In this document: one piece after another, positions 10,606 to 20,077 of the stretch
How positions within the stretch are numbered: the stretch's first letter is position 1
Layout of the letters: every line of letters starts with the position of its first letter
NCBI GenBank assembly: GCA_002771215.1
Contig: PCRM01000039.1
Location: 1-37,309 of the forward strand
Source: Candidatus Nealsonbacteria bacterium CG23_combo_of_CG06-09_8_20_14_all_40_13
Lineage (GTDB): Bacteria; Patescibacteriota; UBA1384; UBA12157_A; GCA-002773005
DNA length: 37,309 nucleotides
Direction: 5' to 3'
The notes under the pieces: model-generated
What the model saw: only the letters and a program-made list of their open reading frames with translations
What the model was told of the DNA's origin: nothing
Databases searched by the model: none
Translations under genes and position numbers: made by a program

Positions 10606-10760
10606 ATTAAAATTAGTATTTTTATTATAGCGCCTATCGGACGATATATTAAATTATTAAATTTATTATAGCGCCGAATACTGCGCTTTATTAAATTACT
10701 AAATTTATTATAGCGTTGAATACTGCGCTTTATTAAATTATTAAATTTATTATAGCAAAG
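10606..10760. repeat. 42-bp tandem repeat: two full units, a truncated third and a degenerate leading copy
   Basis: Units at 10648-10689 and 10690-10731 differ at 3 positions. 10732-10757 is truncated and 10606-10647 is degenerate. Each unit contains ttattatag and the small palindrome AGCGC-n8-GCGCT. Confidence 0.85.
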
Positions 10761-10786
10761 ATTATTGAAAAGGTGAAGGGGTAAGT

Positions 10787-12697
10787 TTAGTTTGTTGGCG
10801 CTGGTTGTTCAACTGGGGCCGGTTGGGCGGGAGCTGGCTGTTGGTCGGCTGGCGGATTTTCTGCCGGCACTGGTTCAGCTACTGGACCAGTGCCCCGTTT
10901 GAATTTTGCCCGCCAAGGCACGTATTTGGAAACAAAAGTTTTTTTATGGAGGATTTGGCCATTTTTGGTGACAGTCCAGTTAAAGGAGGCTGTGGCGCCG
11001 GCGACTGCTCTTTCAACTTGTCGGACTTCACCGGCTGGCAAAGAGGGGTCATCAATATACACTGGCTCGCCGGGTGAACGATAGTCATATATAGATGGGC
11101 CTTGAACTTCCACGTTTCGGCCATCTTTGGTGCCGAAGAACTGAAAAGTCAAGTTTGTTCCCTCAAGTTTAGTGTGGATGAGAATATAATCGGCTGTGTC
11201 ATTTTTAAATTTTAAATCCGGCGCCGGGTCATAAATCGTAGCGTCCATGCCCACCGGTGGCTCATAATATCTGACGCGAAAAGCGTGGGCAGTGCGCTCA
11301 ACAATTTCCAAGCCGGCATAGATAGCCGCTCGAAACATCGTGGTTGAAACTTGGCAAAGCCCGCCGCCTGTTTCAGGGACTAATCTGTCTTCTTTAATAA
11401 CCAATTCCGGCAAAAATCCTCTGGAGGCGGAAACTTCCCCTAAAATTTTCAAAAAAGAAAAAACTTCCCCTGGGGCAATTAAGACGCCTTCAAATAAATT
11501 GGCCCCCACTGTAATATTGTGAATTCGATTTGAGGGGCTACCTTTAAAAGAGGACGTTCCTTCGCCCATTAATTCTTCAATACCTAAGTTATTGATGCTG
11601 GTAAGGGTGATTTTGGGTTTGAGCACTTTGGTGGGCAAATTAATAGTTGTCTTTTTGGCGCTTCCTGACACTGCTTCAGACAATAAACTTAAGGTCTTAT
11701 CCTTATCTAAAGCCAAACCATCTTGCGAGGGCTGGAAAACGCCAACTTTGCCGTCTGTCACCCGTAATTTGGCGTCTACCGCCTCTAAATGTATGTCTTG
11801 CGCCAAGCTTTCAATATAACCTTTAATTTTGGCCGGGTCCACCCCTATTGTGATTAAAGAGATTGATTTTACAGCTTGCGCCGAAACCGCCTCGTTTTGA
11901 GAGGACTCGATTGCCTTTGACGGCGAAAGTTTAATCCACTTGGCAATATCGGCGGCAGAAACAGTGTAGTTGTGGTCATCAGATTTTAGAATAATGGTTT
12001 TATCAATAAAATTTTGGATTTGCGGCCAGGCGGCCTGGATATCTTTTTTGTAAATTTTAGGTTTGTCCACCGCAACGGTCAAACCAATTTTATTTTGTGG
12101 CAGAAGAGTACCAAAAATTTGGGCAATTTGTTGCTCAACCCCTTCGCGGTCATATTTTTTTCCATCTGCTTCAGAGAGAATTGCCAAACTTTCTGTTTTA
12201 AAAACAATGGATGCATCTTTGGCCGGCATATCAACTTCTTGGCTGATTTTATTTAAAAAATCAGTCAATGTTTTCGCTTGCAAGTTATAAACAGCCGCCA
12301 GCTGATGGTCTAAAAAAATGGATAAAAATTGTTCCTTGATACTCTCTAAAAATGAAGGCCGCCGGCCAATCGCATAGAGCGCATCTGCTGTTTTATCTAA
12401 ATCATAGGTCAGGTTTAAATCTTGAGGATTCAACTGCCAGCTTTTATCATCCAAATTCAAAGTGATAACTTGCGCCGATTCTTTGGCAAAATTATCCTTC
12501 AAAATTTGTTTGGCCTCTTCTTTGGTCAGGCCGGCCAAAGACAAAGGGCCGATAAATGTGTTGGGATAAATTTTGTCGGAATAATAAAGACAAAATATAG
12601 CAAATGCCAAAATGATAAGTCCCACAAAAGCGCCGATTAATATGAGCGAGAATTTAAATTTATTCTTAAGTAATATCGCAACTTTTGCTTTGACCAT
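10787..12697 (-). CDS. VanW family protein with N-terminal membrane anchor and Pro-rich C-terminal tail
   Basis: TM LILIGAFVGLIILAFAIFCLYY, VanW-domain pattern GGGLCQVSTTMFRAA, tail PVAEPVPAENPPADQQPAPAQPAPVEQPAP. Confidence 0.8.
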   Translation of the reverse strand: MVKAKVAILLKNKFKFSLILIGAFVGLIILAFAIFCLYYSDKIYPNTFIGPLSLAGLTKEEAKQILKDNFAKESAQVITLNLDDKSWQLNPQDLNLTYDLDKTADALYAIGRRPSFLESIKEQFLSIFLDHQLAAVYNLQAKTLTDFLNKISQEVDMPAKDASIVFKTESLAILSEADGKKYDREGVEQQIAQIFGTLLPQNKIGLTVAVDKPKIYKKDIQAAWPQIQNFIDKTIILKSDDHNYTVSAADIAKWIKLSPSKAIESSQNEAVSAQAVKSISLITIGVDPAKIKGYIESLAQDIHLEAVDAKLRVTDGKVGVFQPSQDGLALDKDKTLSLLSEAVSGSAKKTTINLPTKVLKPKITLTSINNLGIEELMGEGTSSFKGSPSNRIHNITVGANLFEGVLIAPGEVFSFLKILGEVSASRGFLPELVIKEDRLVPETGGGLCQVSTTMFRAAIYAGLEIVERTAHAFRVRYYEPPVGMDATIYDPAPDLKFKNDTADYILIHTKLEGTNLTFQFFGTKDGRNVEVQGPSIYDYRSPGEPVYIDDPSLPAGEVRQVERAVAGATASFNWTVTKNGQILHKKTFVSKYVPWRAKFKRGTGPVAEPVPAENPPADQQPAPAQPAPVEQPAPTN

Positions 12698-12933
12698 TAA
12701 CTTCCTTTAAAAATTTCATCCAACATGGCTTTAGCTAGATCCTTGGTTCTCTTGGTTTTTTGCTCTGCTGTTAAAAACTCCACATGCAGCACATCGCCTT
12801 CTTTGGCATCTTTGGGAAGAAATTTTTTGTAGATTTCCAATTTTTGTCCATGGCCAAAACTTAAAACAGCAACGCCGTTTTCAAAACGGTCAATCGCACA
12901 AATTAACGGTTCATGATTATTTTTTTTAGCCAT
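12697..12933 (-). CDS. DUF3006-like small protein
   Basis: 78 aa; AIDRFENGVAVL.....L.I....LP.DAKEGDVL pattern. TAATG overlap with the VanW gene start. Confidence 0.55.
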   Translation of the reverse strand: MAKKNNHEPLICAIDRFENGVAVLSFGHGQKLEIYKKFLPKDAKEGDVLHVEFLTAEQKTKRTKDLAKAMLDEIFKGS

Positions 12934-12934
12934 T

Positions 12935-14923
12935 TTAGATTATAAATTGAACAATTAAAAGCGCAATGATGTTTAAAATTTTAATCATTGGGTTGATGGC
13001 CGGGCCGGCCGTGTCTTTGTAGGGGTCACCAACCGTGTCGCCGGTCACGGCGGCTTGGTGGGTAAAGGAGCCCTTGCCGCCCAATTTGCCCTCCTCAATG
13101 TATTTTTTGGCGTTGTCCCAGGCGGCGCCGCCGGAAGTCATAGAAATGGCGACAAAAATGCCGGTGATAATGGAGCCGACCAAAAGGCCACCCAGCGCTT
13201 CGGGACCAAGTAGCCAGCCAACTAAAATCGGCGAGAGTACCGGCAGCAGCGCCGGCAAAATCATTTCTTTCTGTGCCGCCGCCGTCACGATAGCTACACA
13301 ACGGCTGTAATCAGGTTTGGCCGTGCCTTCCATAATGCCTTTGAGTTCTTTAAACTGGCGGCGCACTTCCACCACCACCGCGCCGGCCGCTTTGCCGACA
13401 GCCGACATCGCTTTGGAGCCAAAATAGTAGGGCAAAAGACCGCCGATAAATAAGCCAACCAAAACATAAGGGTCGTTCAATTGAAAATTGAAAATTGAAA
13501 ATTGAAAATTCTTTAATTCTTCTGTGTAGACGGAAAAAAGCACCAAGGCGGCCAGACCAGCTGAACCAATCGCGTAGCCCTTGGTCGTGGCTTTAGTAGT
13601 GTTGCCAACGGCGTCTAACAGATCCAAATTACTGCGCACTTGAGCGGGTAAATTAGCCATTTCACAAATGCCGGCGGCGTTGTCGGCAACCGGCCCGTAA
13701 GCATCAATAGCGATAATAATGCCCATCACCGAAAGCATGGCAAAAGCGGCCATTGCCACCCCAAAAATGCCGGCTAAAAGATAGGAAAAAATTACGCCGG
13801 CGCAAATGATTAAAACGGGCCCAGCCGTTGAAGACATAGAGACAGCCAATCCGGTAATAATGTTAGTGCCATGGCCGGTTTGTGAGGCCTGGGCGATAGA
13901 CAAAACCGGTCGGTATTTTTTAGAAGTGAAATAGTCGGTAATTAAAACCAAAAGCCAAGTCACGGCCAAACCGATTAAAGCGGCATAAAATAAATTCGAG
14001 TTTGGTGAGATATCTTTATTTTTTAATATCCACCAAAAGCCAGCAGCCGACAAAATTGCCGAGACAATTAAACCCTTGTAAAATCCAAACATAATATTTT
14101 TGGCGCCTTGAGGAATACTAATAAACCATGAGCCGACAAGGCAAGCTAAAATAGCTATGGCGCCCAAACCAAGCGGCAAAGCAATCATCAGTTGTGTTTT
14201 GAAAATAATTTCTGCCAAAAGCATGGCGGCCACGGTGGTCACCACATAAGTTTCAAATAAATCGGCGGCCATGCCGGCGCAATCACCCACGTTGTCACCC
14301 ACGTTGTCGGCAATCACCGCCGGGTTGCGCGGGTCGTCTTCGGGAATGCCCGCTTCAACTTTGCCAACTAAATCCGCGCCGACATCGGCGGCTTTGGTAA
14401 AAATGCCGCCGCCCAATCGGGCAAAAATGGAAATGAGCGAACCGCCGAAACCCAAGCCAACCAAGGCGTATAGGTTGTGGGTCCATTGATAAAACATTGT
14501 GACAGCCAGCAGTGCCAAGCCGGCCACCAAAAAGCCAGTTACCTGGCCCGATTTGGCGGCAATGAAAAAAGCTTTCTGCTGGCTGCCAACCGCCGCTTGC
14601 GCGCAGCGCACATTAGCTCTGGTGGCGACAGTCATGCCAATTGCGCCGGCTAAAGCCGATAAAAATCCGCCCAGCAAAAATCCCAAAGCAGTGATTAATC
14701 CTAACTTCCACCAAATAATCGCGGCTAAAACTATGGCGATGGCGGCTACAACTTGGTACTGTCTTTTAAGATAAGCCGAAGCGCCTTCCTGAATAGCTTT
14801 GGCTATCTCCTGCATTTTTGCGTTGCCGGCCGGTTGGCGCATAATCCAGAAAATTAGATAAAGACCATAAAGGATGCCAAGAGCCGAAGCACCCAAAGCA
14901 AACCAAAGAAAAGTTTTTTCCAT
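12935..14923 (-). CDS. hppA: Membrane-bound proton-translocating pyrophosphatase (K+-independent signature)
   Basis: [32 protein letters not shown] (Lys at the position that is Ala in K+-dependent enzymes), [18 protein letters not shown]; 662 aa, multi-TM. Confidence 0.95.
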   Translation of the reverse strand: MEKTFLWFALGASALGILYGLYLIFWIMRQPAGNAKMQEIAKAIQEGASAYLKRQYQVVAAIAIVLAAIIWWKLGLITALGFLLGGFLSALAGAIGMTVATRANVRCAQAAVGSQQKAFFIAAKSGQVTGFLVAGLALLAVTMFYQWTHNLYALVGLGFGGSLISIFARLGGGIFTKAADVGADLVGKVEAGIPEDDPRNPAVIADNVGDNVGDCAGMAADLFETYVVTTVAAMLLAEIIFKTQLMIALPLGLGAIAILACLVGSWFISIPQGAKNIMFGFYKGLIVSAILSAAGFWWILKNKDISPNSNLFYAALIGLAVTWLLVLITDYFTSKKYRPVLSIAQASQTGHGTNIITGLAVSMSSTAGPVLIICAGVIFSYLLAGIFGVAMAAFAMLSVMGIIIAIDAYGPVADNAAGICEMANLPAQVRSNLDLLDAVGNTTKATTKGYAIGSAGLAALVLFSVYTEELKNFQFSIFNFQLNDPYVLVGLFIGGLLPYYFGSKAMSAVGKAAGAVVVEVRRQFKELKGIMEGTAKPDYSRCVAIVTAAAQKEMILPALLPVLSPILVGWLLGPEALGGLLVGSIITGIFVAISMTSGGAAWDNAKKYIEEGKLGGKGSFTHQAAVTGDTVGDPYKDTAGPAINPMIKILNIIALLIVQFII
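13481..13508. repeat. (ATTGAAA)4 heptanucleotide tandem repeat inside the hppA coding sequence
   Basis: attgaaa x4 read directly. Encodes [10 protein letters not shown] in a loop between TM helices. Confidence 0.9.
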
Positions 14924-15055
14924 TTTACTCCTTTAAAAACTTTTGCGGGATTTTGGATTTCCCCTTTAAAATTAAAATACCATATTATAAGATATTTTTA
15001 AACCAACTTTTCATATTAAGTGAGGACTGCAAAAAATACAAGATATCGTTTATGT

Positions 15056-16192
15056 TTATCTGTTGGTTAAAATTTTTTGATAAATATTAAGAGTTTCCTC
15101 TGCCGTTTTTTGGAAAGAATATTTTTTAACCTGCTTGAAGCCGCGGGCGATTAAGCTGTGGCGCAGGTTTTGATTTTCCAGCGCTTCTTTGATTTTGGCC
15201 GCCATATCTTCCGGTTTTTGGGGATTGAAATACAAGGCAGCGCTGCCCAAAATTTCCGGCATGCAGCTGGTGTTGGAGGCGCAGACAGGAGTGCCACAAG
15301 CCATCGCTTCTAAAGGCGGCAGGCCAAAACCCTCGTAAAATGAGGGAAAAATAAAAACAGATGCCGCCGAATACAAAGCCGGCAAATCGTCGTCAGCCAC
15401 AAAACCGGGTAAAATAATGTCTTTTTTGTGCTTGCTGGCTTGGATTTTTTCAGCAATTTCGGGAAAATCGGGATTGGGCTTGCCCGCAATGACAAACTGC
15501 AAACTTTTATAGTATTTTTCATGTAAAATCTCGAAAGCGGCAATCGCCTGCAACAGCCCCTTGTGCGGCCGCCACTGCGAAACAAAAAGAATAAATGGTT
15601 TAGTGATGGCCATTTTTTGCTTAATTTTGTCCTGCTGGAATTTGCTCGCCGACCCAAATGTGTCAGAAGCACCCTCGTAAATAATAGCAATTTTATCTGA
15701 ACTTGCACCATAATATTTAATAATATCTTCTTTGACGCAATGGCTGGCAGTGATGATTTTTTGACTTTTGACAATAGCTGTTTTAAGCACCTTAATGAAA
15801 GCCTGACGAAAGATTTTTGATTGCTGCCGGCGCAGCGCCGGATAAAAAACCATCGTCAAATCATGAATGGTCACCACAAATTTGCCTTGATAAAAAATAG
15901 GCAAATTAAAATTTAAAAAGTGCATCAAATCTAAATTATATTTTCTTAAAATAAAAGGCAGTTTTACTTGTTCGGCTAAAGAGTAATGGGGAATATCGGT
16001 TAAAATTTTTTTTAAATTGGGGGCTTCAAGGTTACATTCTGGTAGATCTTGTTTGGTCAAAAATAAAAAATATTGATTTTGGCTGTCAATTTTTAACATA
16101 TTTTGCACTAATTGTTGGCTGTAGCGGCCAATGCCGCCGGTTTGTCGGCGGTAAAAACGACCGTCCAAGCCAATGTTCCAACTTTGAGCCAT
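15056..16192 (-). CDS. Glycosyltransferase family 4 (GT-B)
   Basis: C-terminal [22 protein letters not shown] (E-x7-E region); 378 aa. Confidence 0.85.
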   Translation of the reverse strand: MAQSWNIGLDGRFYRRQTGGIGRYSQQLVQNMLKIDSQNQYFLFLTKQDLPECNLEAPNLKKILTDIPHYSLAEQVKLPFILRKYNLDLMHFLNFNLPIFYQGKFVVTIHDLTMVFYPALRRQQSKIFRQAFIKVLKTAIVKSQKIITASHCVKEDIIKYYGASSDKIAIIYEGASDTFGSASKFQQDKIKQKMAITKPFILFVSQWRPHKGLLQAIAAFEILHEKYYKSLQFVIAGKPNPDFPEIAEKIQASKHKKDIILPGFVADDDLPALYSAASVFIFPSFYEGFGLPPLEAMACGTPVCASNTSCMPEILGSAALYFNPQKPEDMAAKIKEALENQNLRHSLIARGFKQVKKYSFQKTAEETLNIYQKILTNR

Positions 16193-16199
16193 CTTTATT

Positions 16200-17285
16200 T
16201 TACTTGGTATATTTTTTAATTAAATCTTTAAAAGTATAATAGGCTGGCTTTTTATCGCCGAGCCACCACTGGCCATCCTGATATTTCAACTTAATTAAAC
16301 CTAAGGATTTTTCATCGCTATCGATTTTATGGGATTCATCAGTCAGGCGGAAGACGAAAAGCCCGGAGAAGACACCGCTGTCATAAATGCGCGGGATAAT
16401 GGTTTGTAAATACTGTACCTGCGCGTCTTCGCCATACAAGCTTCCTTTGAAAGCATTAACTTCTGTCAGCCAAAGTTCTTTTTTAAATGATTTTAATTTT
16501 TCCAAAAGATTATATTCTTGTCCATCGTTTTTAACTTTACTCAAATCCAAATTATCTTTCTGATCCCAGTCCCACCCCAGAATCTCAAATTGTAAACCAT
16601 CACGGATGGCCATGTCAAAAAAACCGATGTGCAGCCAATGGCCATTGGCCACCCTTTTGGCGTGAGGGTCGGCCTTTTTAACACCGTCGGAAAAACCTTT
16701 CAGCCAGGCAATCTCCTTTTGATACAAGTCCAAATTATACGATTCCTCTGTCAGACCCGGCCAACTGGGGTTGACGACGTTGCCAGCCGGCTCGTTGCCT
16801 ATTTGATAATAATTGATTTTCCCTTGGTAATGGCTCACTAATGCTACCGCATCATTGTAACCTATTTGGTAATAATTTTCTTTTTGAAAAAGATTTTGGT
16901 CCTGTGCCACAACCATAACTACCTTTAGATTCTTAGCTAAAATTGCATTGACAACTGTGTCCATATATTCATAATCATCAATCTTTATATAATCAGGCCA
17001 ATCTATTCTTACAGCCGTAATACCCAAATTTTTGGCATCTTGTAAAAGCTGTTCCAAAACGCCTGCATCACGCACATTGGTCGGGGTCGTCATAATACCC
17101 ACGCCCCAAATAAATTTGGGCGCTGGCGCATTGTAAGGGTCTTTTTGACTTAATTGCGTTTGACCGTTTTTTTTGCTGAAAAGATTGGCAATTTTGGCAA
17201 AAGTGATTTTTTTGGAAATAATCAGATTAGTAAGAATGCTTAAAACGAGAATTGTAACGACGAACCAAAAAATTTTTCTGTTCAC
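16200..17285 (-). CDS. Membrane-anchored glycoside hydrolase, clan GH-A (GH5-like) TIM barrel
   Basis: N-terminal TM. YQIGNEPAG (NEP acid/base) and LWLTEVN (nucleophile Glu) are spaced as in GH5-type enzymes. GTG start preceded by AAGGAGG. Confidence 0.55.
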   Translation of the reverse strand: MNRKIFWFVVTILVLSILTNLIISKKITFAKIANLFSKKNGQTQLSQKDPYNAPAPKFIWGVGIMTTPTNVRDAGVLEQLLQDAKNLGITAVRIDWPDYIKIDDYEYMDTVVNAILAKNLKVVMVVAQDQNLFQKENYYQIGYNDAVALVSHYQGKINYYQIGNEPAGNVVNPSWPGLTEESYNLDLYQKEIAWLKGFSDGVKKADPHAKRVANGHWLHIGFFDMAIRDGLQFEILGWDWDQKDNLDLSKVKNDGQEYNLLEKLKSFKKELWLTEVNAFKGSLYGEDAQVQYLQTIIPRIYDSGVFSGLFVFRLTDESHKIDSDEKSLGLIKLKYQDGQWWLGDKKPAYYTFKDLIKKYTK

Positions 17286-17299
17286 CTATCCTCCTTTTC

Positions 17300-17415
17300 G
17301 TTACCCCGACCCCCACTAAGAGGGCTTCTCACCGAGCCAGAGGCTCTCTGAGCCGGTGGCCGCCCTCTTAGCTCCCCGACGTAACGTCGGGGAGGATCCC
17401 CTCGGACGGGGTAAC
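17300..17415. repeat. G+C-rich, highly structured intergenic element with GTTACCCCG / CGGGGTAAC termini
   Basis: Terminal inverted repeats at 17300-17308 and 17407-17415. Internal 10-bp stems CTAAGAGGGC/GCCCTCTTAG (17316-17325 / 17362-17371) and CTCCCCGACG-taa-CGTCGGGGAG (17372-17394). Confidence 0.6.
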
Positions 17416-18626
17416 TAATTATTTATTATTTTTTCTGAATTATCAAATGCCATAGCGATAAAAAACAGCGCCCAAAACAATACCGAAAGGTCATTTTTAA
17501 AATAAGGGGTGTCCACTAAACCATAAGCTAAAATAGCCACCATAGCACAGATAGCCGGCCAAAGAAAAACTTCTTTGCGGCTTTGAAAAAATAAATAGAG
17601 CAGCCAAAGGAAAGCAGCCAGGCCCAGCAGACCCAAATTGAGATAAAGCGCCAAATACAAATTATGCGGGCTGTAAGCTTTATCAATAATATAGAGTTGG
17701 TAGCCGGGCTTGTCTTGGAAATTGGCAATAAAATAATTTTGAAAATTGCCAAGGCCAATGCCAAAAATTGGGTGACTTTTGATTATTTGCCAAGACGATT
17801 GCCAAATTTCCCAACGGGTGTTATTGGAAGAGGCGACGCGGCCAGAATGGGCGGAAAAATCTGGCTTAGCTACCTGCCAGAGAAAAAATAAGGCCAAAAC
17901 AACAACTATTGCCGCCGCAATTTTTACCAATTTTGCACTTTGGGTAAATTTACGTTGTAAAAGATAAAAAATTATCGCCAAAAGTCCGGCCAAAACGGCT
18001 AGGATTCCTCCCCGGCTGCCGGAGAAATAGATGGCACCAATCATAATAATTGCACCGCTAAAATAAAACCATTTTTTCCAGCCGGCCGCCGGCATAGCAA
18101 TTCCCAAAGCCAAGACGGCCAGCGGTGCAAGATACAAAGCCAAAAAATTTGGCGAGGCATTTTCTTTGGGAAAAAGACCATAAATGCCCAAAACTCGGCC
18201 GTCCAAAGCGACTTGCCCTGAAATTTTTTGCCCAATTGTGTGCAAACCAACCAATAATCCTGCCGCAATTAGCCCCGTGTACAAGAGATTCAGTTTCGCT
18301 TTAAAATCTCCTCTTTGAAGTCGGTCAAACAAAACCAGCCCAAATAAAATCGGCAGAACTATCCAGCTTTTCAACTGCCCTAAAGCCACTCTTTTCTCTG
18401 GTGAAACCAAAATTCCTATTATTGCCGCAACTGTAAAAATAACTATCGGCAAGAGAATTTTTCCCGGCGGGATTTTGGCGTTTCTCATATAAATTGAACG
18501 GCCTAGCCACCAGAGAAATACAATAATAATTAAGATATCCAACAAGTTAATTGGCAGAAAACCAAGATTAAATCTGATTTGATATACGGGTAATAAAAAC
18601 AAAATAAAAGACAAAAAATATGTCAT
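17415..18626 (-). CDS. O-antigen ligase/polymerase-like (Wzy_C family) membrane protein
   Basis: 403 aa with about 10-12 TM helices and a central loop containing GSRGG, as in Wzy_C/WaaL-type proteins. Lies in the glycan locus. Confidence 0.7.
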   Translation of the reverse strand: MTYFLSFILFLLPVYQIRFNLGFLPINLLDILIIIVFLWWLGRSIYMRNAKIPPGKILLPIVIFTVAAIIGILVSPEKRVALGQLKSWIVLPILFGLVLFDRLQRGDFKAKLNLLYTGLIAAGLLVGLHTIGQKISGQVALDGRVLGIYGLFPKENASPNFLALYLAPLAVLALGIAMPAAGWKKWFYFSGAIIMIGAIYFSGSRGGILAVLAGLLAIIFYLLQRKFTQSAKLVKIAAAIVVVLALFFLWQVAKPDFSAHSGRVASSNNTRWEIWQSSWQIIKSHPIFGIGLGNFQNYFIANFQDKPGYQLYIIDKAYSPHNLYLALYLNLGLLGLAAFLWLLYLFFQSRKEVFLWPAICAMVAILAYGLVDTPYFKNDLSVLFWALFFIAMAFDNSEKIINN

Positions 18627-18649
18627 TTGATTAAATTATATCATAGAAA

Positions 18650-20077
18650 TTAAACATTTTTTGCTTTGGCAAATATCAAATTTTGCGTGACCACCAACAG
18701 ACCCATTAGAACCCAAATTGCCAAAATGTAGATGGTGGAAAAGGTCACAAATTGGGCTAAAACGCCAACAAAAGCAGCCATCAGCCCCAACATTGTTGCT
18801 TTTAAGAAATTATCTTTCGTTTTGAAATAAGCCATAATTGACCGAACAAACAAAATGATAAAAATTAACATTAAAAATGTTATCCCTAAAATGCCGTTTT
18901 CCGCCAAAGTTTCCAGATATTGATTGTTAACGATTGGCCAGCCGGTGGGGGGAATTTGATTGGGATAGTTTTTCACGTAAGGACCGAAATTGCCTGCACC
19001 AATGCCGAGCAGAGAGTTTTCACGAAAGGCCGTAAAAGCTGAATCGGCTGCTTTTAATCTGGCCACTACGGATTCGCCCCGCGAAAAATCTTCAACTTTG
19101 GCATGGCCTAAAAATTCGTCCAGTGCCTTGGGCGCACTGTAGGACAAAAAAAGATAAACGGCGGCTGAAACAATCATCGCCACTGCCGCAAATTGGATGA
19201 TATTTTTAACTGTGAATATTTTACGCGCTTGGAAAATGGCAAAAGTTAAAAAGAAAAATGCCAGCCCGAGATAGGCGCCCCGCGATAAAGTCAGCACAAA
19301 AACTACTAAAAACAGCAAAATAAGAACAAACAGCCATGGCCTTTTGATAATTTTCACCTTTTGGAAAAAATAAGACAGCGTCAGTCCCAACGGAATAAAC
19401 AAAAAATTAGCAAAATAAAGCGGTTCAAGCGAAGCGGCATGAGGCCGCGGGAAACCAAAAACTATTTTGTTATAACCCGATTTTAAGCCGGTTAAACTCA
19501 ACGGCAGTCCTGCCAAATCGCCAAAAAACTGGTAAAGCGCAAAAATACTGACAATTAAAGAGGTCAAAAATAAAACTAAAACTGCCTTGCGCATTAACTC
19601 TTTTGAGCGGATTAAATTTACGATTAATATGTGGGCTAAAATGACAAAACCCAGAAAAACCACCACCATGGCGGCGCGTTTCAAATCACGGGCAAAAAGT
19701 AAAGTTGCCAAATTGACCAAAAAGAAAAATAAAATGGTAATGCCGGCAGGATTTTTTTGAAAAATCATTTTGCGCTGAGCCAGCATCCAGCAAAGCCAAA
19801 TTAAAAAAGTCAGCCCAATTAAAAAGTGGTTAATGCGGATATTAACCCCGCCAACTTCTACGGAAGGCATCCGTTCAAACGGCAGAAAAAATAATATCAG
19901 CAAAGCGCCAACTGAAGGATTTTTAATTAAGAAAATTGAGACCAGCAGCAAAAAGGGGATTCCCACGACGGCCGCCAGCGCCAGCGTATCGTAGCGCTGC
20001 TGCAGTGCGGGGATTACAAAAGCAAAAATAATCGAGACAATCGCAACCGCTAAAAATGGCAGGATTTTTTTAAACAT
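18650..20077 (-). CDS. O-antigen ligase/polymerase-like (Wzy_C family) membrane protein, second paralog
   Basis: Multi-TM with LSRGAYLG loop. ATG at 20077 (MFKKILPF) forms a TAATG overlap with the GT2 stop, so it is preferred to the ORF-track start at 20149. Confidence 0.7.
   Translation of the reverse strand: MFKKILPFLAVAIVSIIFAFVIPALQQRYDTLALAAVVGIPFLLLVSIFLIKNPSVGALLILFFLPFERMPSVEVGGVNIRINHFLIGLTFLIWLCWMLAQRKMIFQKNPAGITILFFFLVNLATLLFARDLKRAAMVVVFLGFVILAHILIVNLIRSKELMRKAVLVLFLTSLIVSIFALYQFFGDLAGLPLSLTGLKSGYNKIVFGFPRPHAASLEPLYFANFLFIPLGLTLSYFFQKVKIIKRPWLFVLILLFLVVFVLTLSRGAYLGLAFFFLTFAIFQARKIFTVKNIIQFAAVAMIVSAAVYLFLSYSAPKALDEFLGHAKVEDFSRGESVVARLKAADSAFTAFRENSLLGIGAGNFGPYVKNYPNQIPPTGWPIVNNQYLETLAENGILGITFLMLIFIILFVRSIMAYFKTKDNFLKATMLGLMAAFVGVLAQFVTFSTIYILAIWVLMGLLVVTQNLIFAKAKNV

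Noticed and set aside
10606-10760. The tandem repeat as a possible CRISPR array
   Set aside because: The units are directly adjacent with no unique spacers. Only about 2.6 units are present, they are AT-rich, and no cas genes are in the window.
13035-14774. Plus- and minus-strand ORFs (68-91 aa) inside hppA
   Set aside because: Shadow ORFs of a G+C-richer membrane-protein gene. No independent support.
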